From Basidiobolus meristosporus CBS 931.73 (taxonomy: Eukaryota > Fungi > Basidiobolomycota): a stretch of DNA of 33,329 nucleotides. The position numbers were made by a program, and so were the translations under genes. The stretch spans positions 1 through 33,329 of the forward strand of contig MCFE01000822.1 in the NCBI GenBank assembly GCA_002104905.1, written 5' to 3'. Shown one piece after another: positions 1 to 8,630 of the stretch. Position 1 is the stretch's first letter; each line of letters opens with the position of its first letter. The notes beneath the pieces are model-generated. The model ran no database searches, was not told where the DNA came from, and saw only the letters and a list, made by a program, of their open reading frames with translations.

Positions 1-1446
1 TACGTACAAATTCTTCTTGGGAGTAAAGTCATTGGCGAAAGTATAACTTTAAAAAATGTTAAACAGTTCCACGGAATTACTCCTCATTGGAATGACAGTA
101 CTGTTGAACAGGCTGTTGGGAGAGTTATTCGCAGTGGTTCTCATGATATGTTGCCTGAAGAAGAACGTTATGTTGACATTTATATTTATGCTGCAGTTAC
201 ACCAGATAATAAAGGTGTCGACAAACTTAAACTTGAAATTTGCGCCCAGAAACAAATGGACATTGTTCATATGAAAAACAAACTTAAAGATGTTGCCGTT
301 GATAGATATATATTTCGCGAAGAACTCACTGAAAAGGATCTTGAGTTAGATATTACGACGTTTGTTTTATATTATGTGGATAAGTATATGAATTTATTCG
401 TCCAGAAGATACAGCTAATATTTAAAGACAAAACCTGGTTGTTTCTGTCTGATGTCTTAAATGCTTCTAATATTAACAAAATTATTTTTATGGAAGCTAT
501 TTACAAACTTATTACATCCAATGATAACAGAATCCATTCCGATAAATTTCTTAGAATCTCTGGTGATATTTTATATCTTACGTCTGATCCGCTTTTACCA
601 TTTGAATATGTTTGCGGAGCATTAACTTGGGAAACTCCTTCTCAACCAAAAGATATTTTTGAGAGAAAGGTTGAATATTTAGGATGGGATGAGTTAAACA
701 AATATAACGGCAAGGATCCTCTTGAAATTATACGGGCCATGCAACATATTAAAGATAAGATTTTATTTTTGGAATCTGCATTAATACATAAACGATATGA
801 TTTAATTTTGCCGTTATGGTTACTTTGGTATAAAGATGATCATAATACGTATTATCATATTATGTGTTATAGAGAAGAAGAAGTTGCGTATCGTGCATCT
901 AAACTTATTCCTAAAAAGCTTAGCGGTAAAACCAGAGTGTTTAGGAATGGTAAGTGGGCGTATTTAGATGGAGAGGACGAGAAACAAATAATGGAGGTTT
1001 TTACTGTTAGGTTTAATAATTTAAAATGTGACATTTCTAAGTATCCATTGTTTGGTTTTATATCTATATTAGATAATTATATGCGCATTAAAGTCGAATA
1101 TATGCGAAGAGGTTCTGATAAAGATAGAAGAATGGATCGGCGTGGAAGAAGTTTAACGTCTTTGAAAAAGATAGATTTGGCTGTTATATTGGCGCTTTTG
1201 CAAACTTTTGTAGAAAAACTTAATAACAGTCCGTCTACACATTTTGAGGTTAAAGAAACGGAAGATTTTATATGGAATAAATTAACACAAACGTATTGTT
1301 CATCTTTAGATCCATATGTTGATATTATTAAAGAACAAAATATATTAGATAGGATTTGGGTTACAATTAATAAATGGAATGCCAAAAAGATCAGAGAGTT
1401 AATAAATCATACACTTATGATATATAATTTATACATTATACTATAA
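1..1446 (+). CDS. D6/D11-like (VETF small subunit / NPH-I family) SF2 helicase, 5'-truncated by the window edge
   Basis: Frame 1 is open from base 1 (the ORF track starts it at 148). It reads LLGSKVIGESITLKNVKQFHGITPHWNDSTVEQAVGRVIRSGSHDMLPEEERYVDIY, which matches SF2 motifs V/VI (QxxGRxxR) in the form typical of NCLDV D6/D11 helicases. Ends TAA at 1446. Confidence 0.85.
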   Translation, partial: YVQILLGSKVIGESITLKNVKQFHGITPHWNDSTVEQAVGRVIRSGSHDMLPEEERYVDIYIYAAVTPDNKGVDKLKLEICAQKQMDIVHMKNKLKDVAVDRYIFREELTEKDLELDITTFVLYYVDKYMNLFVQKIQLIFKDKTWLFLSDVLNASNINKIIFMEAIYKLITSNDNRIHSDKFLRISGDILYLTSDPLLPFEYVCGALTWETPSQPKDIFERKVEYLGWDELNKYNGKDPLEIIRAMQHIKDKILFLESALIHKRYDLILPLWLLWYKDDHNTYYHIMCYREEEVAYRASKLIPKKLSGKTRVFRNGKWAYLDGEDEKQIMEVFTVRFNNLKCDISKYPLFGFISILDNYMRIKVEYMRRGSDKDRRMDRRGRSLTSLKKIDLAVILALLQTFVEKLNNSPSTHFEVKETEDFIWNKLTQTYCSSLDPYVDIIKEQNILDRIWVTINKWNAKKIRELINHTLMIYNLYIIL

Positions 1447-1504
1447 ATTAGGAGAGTTATATTTTTGTATTATATATTTAAATTATTTTTAAAAAGTTTT
1501 AAAT

Positions 1505-1605
1505 CTGATGTTTGATGTTTAAATTTAAATTTGATATTTGATTTTTGATGTTTAAAATTTAAATTTGATATTTGATGTTTGATGTTTGATATTTGATGTT
1601 TGAAT
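1505..1605 (+). repeat. Degenerate 7-bp tandem repeat (TTTGATG/TTTGATA)
   Basis: tttgatatttgatgtttgatgtttgatatttgatgtttga; the same motif occurs at 4645-4720 and, reverse-complemented, at ~13270, 14680-14765, ~17280 and 18525-18650. Confidence 0.85.
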
Positions 1606-1654
1606 TTTTAATTACGAAATTTGTTTTAAACATTGGGTTTGATTTAATGTTAAT

Positions 1655-1755
1655 TAAATATTTTCAAACGTTTGAATTTAATTGCAGTTAACATTAAATA
1701 TTTTCAGACGTTTGAATTTAGTTGCAATTAACAAAAAGTTTCCAAACGTTTAAGT
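1655..1755. repeat. About 2.5 copies of a 40-bp unit containing the palindrome TTCAAACGTTTGAA
   Basis: Perfect 14-bp palindrome at 1663-1676; variants TTCAGACGTTTGAA at 1703-1716 and TCCAAACGTTTAA at 1741-1753. Confidence 0.75.
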
Positions 1756-1893
1756 TGGTGTAAATAATATATATTTTTTAAAACTTTATTTATTATAACC
1801 ACTTGTCTTACTTATTTATCTATATTGTTTTATTATTTTATTGTATCTTTTCTCATTTATTCTCGTTACTTTTACTCTCTAAGTTTTTTAGTC

Positions 1894-4422
1894 ATGGACT
1901 GCTTTTTATACGATCTGCAATTGGTTTCTAACGCTCCCGTAATTATTCACGGATATGCTAAATATAATAACCAAACTATTTTACTTGTTATTCACGGGTT
2001 TAAACCTTGGTGTTATGTTGATCTTTCTCTTGCTAAAGTTAAAGACATCTGCCAATATCATGACATTCCTTATTTTAACGTCCAAGAAGTTTATATGCCA
2101 ACATCTCTCGCCATTAAAAATAAAAAATCTCTTATTAAAATTACTTTTATAAACTATTTGCACATGAAAGAATTTGTTCAACATGCTACCCCATTTTTAT
2201 GTTATATGTACGAACTTGAATGTATTCCAATTTTTACATCTAAATACGGCCTCGACTTTGTTGGTTGGGTCCAGATTAAAGATGCTTACACCAAACCCGA
2301 CGATTCTATTACCCATCTCCCAACTTATCATGTTTCTCATCCAACAAAAATATCACCCATCGATGGTAACGAGCCCACTTTCCCAACAGTTATGGCATTT
2401 GATATAGAATGTATGGTCTCTGCCAAATCTGGAATGCCCAAAACTTACAAACCTGGTGATAAGCTCGAGATGATTAGTATTGTTATGACCAATTACATGT
2501 CTGGCAAACTTGATAATTATCTCCTCTTTATCGGCGATCAACCTTTTGATGATCCCGCCTATGATAATGTCACCCAACTTTTTTTCTCTACCGAGGTTGA
2601 ACTTCTTCGAAAGTTTTGCTCTCTCATCCAAAGTTTGGATCCTGATATTATTACTGGATACAACATTTATGGCTTTGATTTTAAATATGTCTTTGAACGA
2701 TTAAGCTTTTATTTAGAACCTCTCCAAAATATGTCTCGACTTACTAATGGCTCTACTAACTTAGTTGATGTAGATTGGGAAAGTAGCGCGTATGGTTATA
2801 ACACTTATTGCAAAGTGGAAATGGATGGTCGCCTTATTGTCGATCTTATGCTTTACTTTAAACGTTTTAAACTCGAAAAATACAGTTTAGATTTTGTCTC
2901 TGAAAAATTTTTAGGTGTTGGCAAAGACGACGTCCATTATGAAGAAATATGGGATGCTTTCGAATCCAGGAACCCGTCTCAGATGAGTCTCGTCGGGAAA
3001 TATTGTGTCAAAGATTCTGCTCTTGTTATCCAACTATTTGAAAAGTTTAACTTGTGGACCGATCTTTGCGAAATGTCTAAAGCCATGAGATGCAGAATTG
3101 GTGAGATTTATACCCGTGGTGAACAACTTAAAGTCAAGAATCAAACCATCAAAGAGTGCATTAACCGAAATGTTGTTCTTGCCCAAATTCAGCGTAAAAA
3201 GAATACATGGGACAAATACAGTGGTGCCAATGTTTTGACCCCTGAACGTGGTATGTATAACCAATGTTGCGTTTTAGATTTCCAATCTTTGTATCCATCT
3301 ATCATGGTTGCTCATAATATTTGCCCGTCTGTTTACGTTAAGAATAAATTTACTACCAACAATGTTAACACTATAGATATGGGTACATACGAACACAAAT
3401 TCTTACAGTCACCTATTGGCATTCTTTCTGGTCTTGTTAAAAATTTAATGGATAAACGCAAAGAAGTTAAACTTAAAATTAAAAAACTGGACGAAAAAGA
3501 TATTTATACTAAACTTATTCTTGATCGTAGACAGAACGCACTTAAGATTTGTGCCAACAGTGTTTACGGTATCATGGGCTTTGAAAAGAATAAATATTTT
3601 GGCCATTTGGGTTGCGCCGAATCTATTACCCGTATGGGTAGAAAATATTTAGATCAGATTGTCACTCATATATCTGATAATTATCCAGTCAGAGTTATTT
3701 ATGGCGACACTGATTCCTGCATGGTTATTCCTACTTCTCCTATCCCCGCACCCGATTATATCCAATTGTGCCATGACATTTGCAAAGATGTTACCAGTAT
3801 GCTTCCTCAACCTATGGCACTTAACTTCGAAGAATACTATGACAAAATTATTCTTATGTCTAAAAAGAGATATATTATGTACAAGAATCAAACTCTTAAA
3901 TACAAGGGTGTTATGAATGCCCGACGAGGATATTGCCAATTTGCAAAAAATCTTTATAGCAGTACTATTACCGATATGGTTAACGATGTTCCCAAAGACC
4001 AGATTATTTCTAACGTTAATAAACATATTACAGATCTTCTGAGAAAAAATGTTCCCATTAATCTTTTAAGCATGACTAAATCTGTTAAAAATTTAGATGA
4101 ATACAAAGTCGAACCCCCTCAAGTTATCATGGCTAAACGATTAATAGCTAATGGTATAGAGGTAAATGCTGGCACTAGATTAGAATATGTTTTTACAACT
4201 TTGGGTGATAAACAAGGTGAAAAGATGTATATGCCTGAAGAGTTGGCAAGAATAGAAGGATTAGAAGTCGATCCTTTATATTATATGGAACATCAAATTA
4301 TGTCTCAGATAGATGATTTGTTGGGAATATTGGGTGAAGATAATTATATTAAACAGATGGTTAGATCGATGAAAAAGGCTGAACGATATGCAAAGAAATT
4401 AGAGCAAACGCAAACTGTATAA
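1894..4422 (+). CDS. polB: Family B DNA polymerase (viral), about 842 aa, no intein apparent
   Basis: ExoI AFDIECM, ExoII GYNIYGFDFKY, ExoIII YCVKD, region II DFQSLYPS, region III KICANSVYG, region I YGDTDS. First ATG is at 1894; the track start at 1825 is a TTG. Confidence 0.97.
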   Translation: MDCFLYDLQLVSNAPVIIHGYAKYNNQTILLVIHGFKPWCYVDLSLAKVKDICQYHDIPYFNVQEVYMPTSLAIKNKKSLIKITFINYLHMKEFVQHATPFLCYMYELECIPIFTSKYGLDFVGWVQIKDAYTKPDDSITHLPTYHVSHPTKISPIDGNEPTFPTVMAFDIECMVSAKSGMPKTYKPGDKLEMISIVMTNYMSGKLDNYLLFIGDQPFDDPAYDNVTQLFFSTEVELLRKFCSLIQSLDPDIITGYNIYGFDFKYVFERLSFYLEPLQNMSRLTNGSTNLVDVDWESSAYGYNTYCKVEMDGRLIVDLMLYFKRFKLEKYSLDFVSEKFLGVGKDDVHYEEIWDAFESRNPSQMSLVGKYCVKDSALVIQLFEKFNLWTDLCEMSKAMRCRIGEIYTRGEQLKVKNQTIKECINRNVVLAQIQRKKNTWDKYSGANVLTPERGMYNQCCVLDFQSLYPSIMVAHNICPSVYVKNKFTTNNVNTIDMGTYEHKFLQSPIGILSGLVKNLMDKRKEVKLKIKKLDEKDIYTKLILDRRQNALKICANSVYGIMGFEKNKYFGHLGCAESITRMGRKYLDQIVTHISDNYPVRVIYGDTDSCMVIPTSPIPAPDYIQLCHDICKDVTSMLPQPMALNFEEYYDKIILMSKKRYIMYKNQTLKYKGVMNARRGYCQFAKNLYSSTITDMVNDVPKDQIISNVNKHITDLLRKNVPINLLSMTKSVKNLDEYKVEPPQVIMAKRLIANGIEVNAGTRLEYVFTTLGDKQGEKMYMPEELARIEGLEVDPLYYMEHQIMSQIDDLLGILGEDNYIKQMVRSMKKAERYAKKLEQTQTV

Positions 4423-4644
4423 GTTACAAGATAATTATGTTTGTCATGACACATTAATTATTCCAAACTATTTTTTAATATAAATGTTTTATGTAACAAC
4501 TTTTTTAGATTGTATATTATTTTTAACTCTGAGTAAACTTTTTTTAAAAAGGTTTTTTCTCAGATACTAATATGGTTTAAACTTTTTCCGAACCAAACTT
4601 TAAGTCTTAAATTAAACGTTCATGACTTAAAAAGTTTTTTACGA

Positions 4645-4720
4645 ATTTGATATTTGATATTTGATGTTTGATGTTTAATATTTGAATTTTAAATTCGGAT
4701 TTTAATATTTAATATTTAAA
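4645..4720 (+). repeat. Degenerate 7-bp tandem repeat (TTTGATA/TTTGATG)
   Basis: atttgatatttgatatttgatgtttgatgtttaatatttgaa, downstream of polB. Confidence 0.8.
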
Positions 4721-4807
4721 TATGGTTTTTAAATTTAGTTTGCGAAAAAGTTTTTACAAAATTATTTAAATCAACTCAAACCATTTGGTTTAAACTTTTG
4801 AAACGAC

Positions 4808-7452
4808 TTTTGTACAATGTCAGCGGATTTGTATATTATCATCTCTTTAATATGGTAACTACGACCCAACTTTGTAAATTATTAAAGATACAATAATTTG
4901 CATCCTGTTGTTGAATTTGTATAGCACCACCGTATTTGTATCTATATAAATTCTCTAATCTGGTAACTACGACTTAACTTTGTAAATTTATAAAGATACA
5001 AAAAATCGCTTCTTGTTGCCAAATTTATATAGTGTCATAGCATTTGTATTTTGAGAAATTCCCTAATCCGGTATTTACGACTAGGGTTTGTAAATTATTT
5101 AAGATACAATTATTTACACCTTGTTACCGATTTTGTACAGTGTCACCCCATTTGTATCTTTATAAATTCCCTAATCTGGTAACTACAACCCAACTTTGTA
5201 AATTATTAAAGATACAAAAATTCACACCTTGTTACCGAATTTGTATAGTGTCAGTGTATTTGTATCTTAGGGAATTCTCCAATCCGGTAACTACGACCTA
5301 ACTTTGCAAATTATTAAAAATACAATTATTTGCTCCTTGTTGTTAAGTTTGTATAGTGCTACCGCATTTGTATCTTAAGAAATTCCCTAATACAGTAATT
5401 GCGACCTAACTTTGTAAATTGTTAAAGATACAATTATTTACACCCTGTTACCGATTTTGTATAGTGTTACCGCATTTGTATCTTATGAAATTCCCTAATA
5501 CAGTAACTACGACCCAACTTTGTAAATTATTTAAGATACAATAATTCGCTTCCTGTTACTGAGTTTGTATAGTGTCACCCCATTTGTATCTCAAAAAATT
5601 CCCTAATCTGGTAACTACGACCCAACTTTGTAAATTATTAAAGATACAATAATTTGCATCTTGTTGTTGAATTTGTATAGTGTCACTGCATTTGTATCTT
5701 AAGGAAATTCCCTAATCTGGTAACTACGACTTAACTTTGTAAATTTATAAAGATACAATAATTTGCATCTTGTTACCGATTTTGTATAGTGTCACCCCAT
5801 TTGTATCTTAAGAAAATCCCTAATCTGGTAACTACGACCCAACTTTGTAAATTATTAAAGATACAATAATTTACTCCTTAATACTTATTTTGTACAGTGC
5901 CACCGTATTTGTATCTATATAAATTCCCTAATATGGTATTTACGACCTAACTTTGTAAATTGTTAAAGATACAAAAATTTACACCTTGTTACCGATTTTG
6001 TATAGTGCCACCGTATTTGTATCTTAATAAATTCTCTAATCCAGTAACTACGACCCGAAGTTGTAAATTATTAAAGATACAACATTTTACACCCTGTTAC
6101 CGATTTTGTACAGTACCAGTGTATTTGTATCTTATGAAATTCTCTAATCTGGTAACTACAACCCAACTTTGTAAATTATTAAAGATACAATAATTTACTC
6201 CTTAATACTTATTTTGTACAGTGTCATACTATTTGTATCTTTATAAATTCCCTAATCTGGTATTTACGACCCAACTTTGTAAATTGTTAAAGATACAATA
6301 ATTTACACCTTGTTACCGATTTTGTATAGTGCCACCTCATTTGTATCTTTATAAATTCCCTAATCTGGTATTTACGACCCAACTTTGCGAATTATTAAAG
6401 ATACAAAAATTTACACCCTGTTACCGATTTTGTATAGTGCCAGCGCATTTGTATCTTATGAAATTCTCTAATCCAGTAACTACGACCCGAAGTTGTAAAT
6501 TATTAAAGATACAATTATTTACTCCCTAATACTTATTTTGTACAGTGTCACCCCATTTGTATCTTTATAAATTCCCTAATACAGTAACTATGACCTAACT
6601 TTGTAAATTATTAAAGATACAATTATTTACACCCTGTTGTTGAATTTGTATAGTGTCATCGTCTTTGTATCTTAAGAAATTCCCTAATCTGGCAACTACG
6701 ACCTAACTTTGTAAATTATTAAAGATACAAAATTTTACTTCCTAATACTTATTTTGTATAGTGTCAGTGTATTTGTATCTTATGAAATTCCCTAATCCGG
6801 TAACTGCGACCTAACTTTGTAAATTATTAAAGATACAATTATTTACTCCCTAATACTTATTTTGTATAGTGTCACCTCATTTGTATCTTATGAAATCCCC
6901 TAATCTGGTAACTACGACCCAACTTTGTAAATTTTTAAAGATGCAATTATTTCTTCCTTGTCACCGATTTTGTACGGTGTCATCGTATTTGTATCTTAAG
7001 AATTCTCTAATCCAATAACTACGACCCAACTTTGTAAATATTAAAGATACAATTATTTACACCTTGTTGTTGAATTTGTATAATGTCAGTGCATTTGCAT
7101 ATTATAAATTCTCTAATCCAGTAATTGCGACCTAACTTTGTAAATATTAAAGATGCAAAAATTTACTCCCTGTTACTTATTTTGTATAGTGCCAGCAAAT
7201 TTGCATCTTAAGAAATTCCCTAATACAGTAACTATGACCCAGCCTTGTAAATATTAAAGATGCAATTATTTACACCCTGTTGTTGAATTTATATAATGTC
7301 ACTGCATTTGCATCTTATAAATTCCCTAATCCAATAACTATGACCCAACCCTGTAAATATTAAAGATGCAAAAATTTACATCCTGTTGTTGAATTTGTAC
7401 AGTGTCACCCCATTTGTATTTTTATAAATTCCCCAATCCGGCAACTATGCCA
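4808..7452. repeat. Tandem array of about 24.5 x 108-bp units, each with an internal inverted repeat (TTGTATCTT...AAGATACAA); non-coding
   Basis: The GGTAACTACGACC-like core recurs 25 times at 4854, 4962, 5070, 5178, 5286 ... 6907, 7014, 7120, 7227, 7333, 7440. Spacing is 108 bp (one 109; 106-107 in the last units). Stops occur in the reading frames examined. Confidence 0.97.
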
Positions 7453-7519
7453 AGTTTTGTCTTAAGTTATTTATACCACTTCTTATTTCTAAACCTCCGT
7501 TTCATCTCAACAACAAACT

Positions 7520-7640
7520 TTTTTTTCTCGACCCAAACTTAATCATCCAAAACTTTTCTCGACCCAAACCTTTTCCGACCCCCAAACTCTCTCGACCCAA
7601 ACTTTTTCCGACCCCCAAACTCTCTCGACCCAAACTTTTT
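7520..7640 (+). repeat. C/A-rich module repeat (TTTTCCGACCCCCAAACTCTCTCGACCCAAACT x2 plus partial copies)
   Basis: A 33-bp unit occurs twice at ~7571-7636; the same module recurs at ~14775-14808 and partly at ~12353-12380. Confidence 0.85.
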
Positions 7641-7766
7641 TCCAAATTAGTTTTTTATCTCTCCTACCCCCAAATTATTTTTGTTTTAACCACATTTTCT
7701 CGTTTCATCAACCATCCTTCTTATCTAATACCCTTTTTGACTCATCGTCTTATAAACTTCCATATT

Positions 7767-7777
7767 TATACGAAAAT
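7767..7777 (+). promoter_or_regulatory. Candidate viral promoter element TATACGAAAAT
   Basis: CG lies 19 nt upstream of the ATG at 7790; the same motif occurs at 18-20 nt upstream of four minus-strand genes. Confidence 0.5.
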
Positions 7778-7789
7778 TTCTTTCTTATC

Positions 7790-8458
7790 ATGTCTCCCTA
7801 CATCTGGCTATCCCACCCCAACTCTAAAAATTATTCATATTGCGCCAATCTAACTTTTAATGGATGGCATCCTCTCAAAGATAATATCTCCAATTTAGTT
7901 ATTGGCCTCGTTAACCAATCATGCAGTAAAATCCTTTCACCTGACGATATTAATTCCCTTTACCAAAATCACCTACCTTTCGATCCTACCCACGTTGACG
8001 GCAACATTTACAAGTTTATTATCCAATCTATCGCCAACAATACTAATTACTCTCCTTATGTTAGCCAATGGTTTGACACTTATGATTCATGCTTCACCGC
8101 CATGAACGATTTTGACCCTCACACATCATCCCCCGTCTCCAAATCTATCGTTGATAATTTTAATACACCCTTATTTACTCATCCCCTCCCAGAACCTTTT
8201 ACATTTATGGTTGTCGGTATGAGATATTGCACTAACCATACCTTCTCCGTTGGTGACCTTGTTACATTAAACATAGTAGATAATAATCCCCACGATCCCA
8301 ACGCCGTTCAAGTCTTAGTTGATGACGTACATGTTGCCTACGTTTCTCGCAAAGATGCACCCAAACTTAGATCTATTGGCTTCGACAATAAACTTTGTAC
8401 TTGTTTAGAAGTTTACTACCGTAGTGCCAAATTTATACTTGAAGATATATTCTACTAA
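7790..8458 (+). CDS. Protein with a C-terminal HIRAN domain (222 aa)
   Basis: FMVVGMRY...VGDLVTLNIVDNNPHDPNAVQV...HVAYVSRKDA fits the HIRAN pattern (G..Y; L..E/DxxNxxDxNAIxV; GYV). N-terminal half unrecognised. Confidence 0.8.
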   Translation: MSPYIWLSHPNSKNYSYCANLTFNGWHPLKDNISNLVIGLVNQSCSKILSPDDINSLYQNHLPFDPTHVDGNIYKFIIQSIANNTNYSPYVSQWFDTYDSCFTAMNDFDPHTSSPVSKSIVDNFNTPLFTHPLPEPFTFMVVGMRYCTNHTFSVGDLVTLNIVDNNPHDPNAVQVLVDDVHVAYVSRKDAPKLRSIGFDNKLCTCLEVYYRSAKFILEDIFY

Positions 8459-8630
8459 CAACTTTTATTTCTATCCTCTCTTTACGCCCCATGTATATCT
8501 CTTCTTTGATTGTTGAACCCTCCCCCCCGCCTTTTAAAAAATATCCCACTAAACTATCCATGTCCATCCCATTCTCATCTCCATCCAATTAAATTGGTTA
8601 CACCCTCATCCACCCCTTCATATATTGAAC

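Noticed and set aside
1825-1893. TTG-initiated extensions (polB 1825, mutS7 8625, 13195) and the upstream starts at 18447 and 19799
   Set aside because: A eukaryotic-type virus should use ATG, and the downstream ATGs align with paralogue starts and the upstream motif spacing.
4808-7452. CRISPR array
   Set aside because: There are no unique spacers; the whole 108-bp unit is homologous and the variable slots reuse the same few alleles. No cas-like genes are present.
4808-7452. Coding 36-aa repeat protein (Sel1/LRR-like), since 108 bp equals 36 codons
   Set aside because: Common alleles introduce stops on both strands (ACC TAA on plus; CGG TAA on minus), there are 1-2 bp indels between units, and the translations resemble no repeat family I know. 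The short ORFs at 5044, 5960 and 6329 are by-products.
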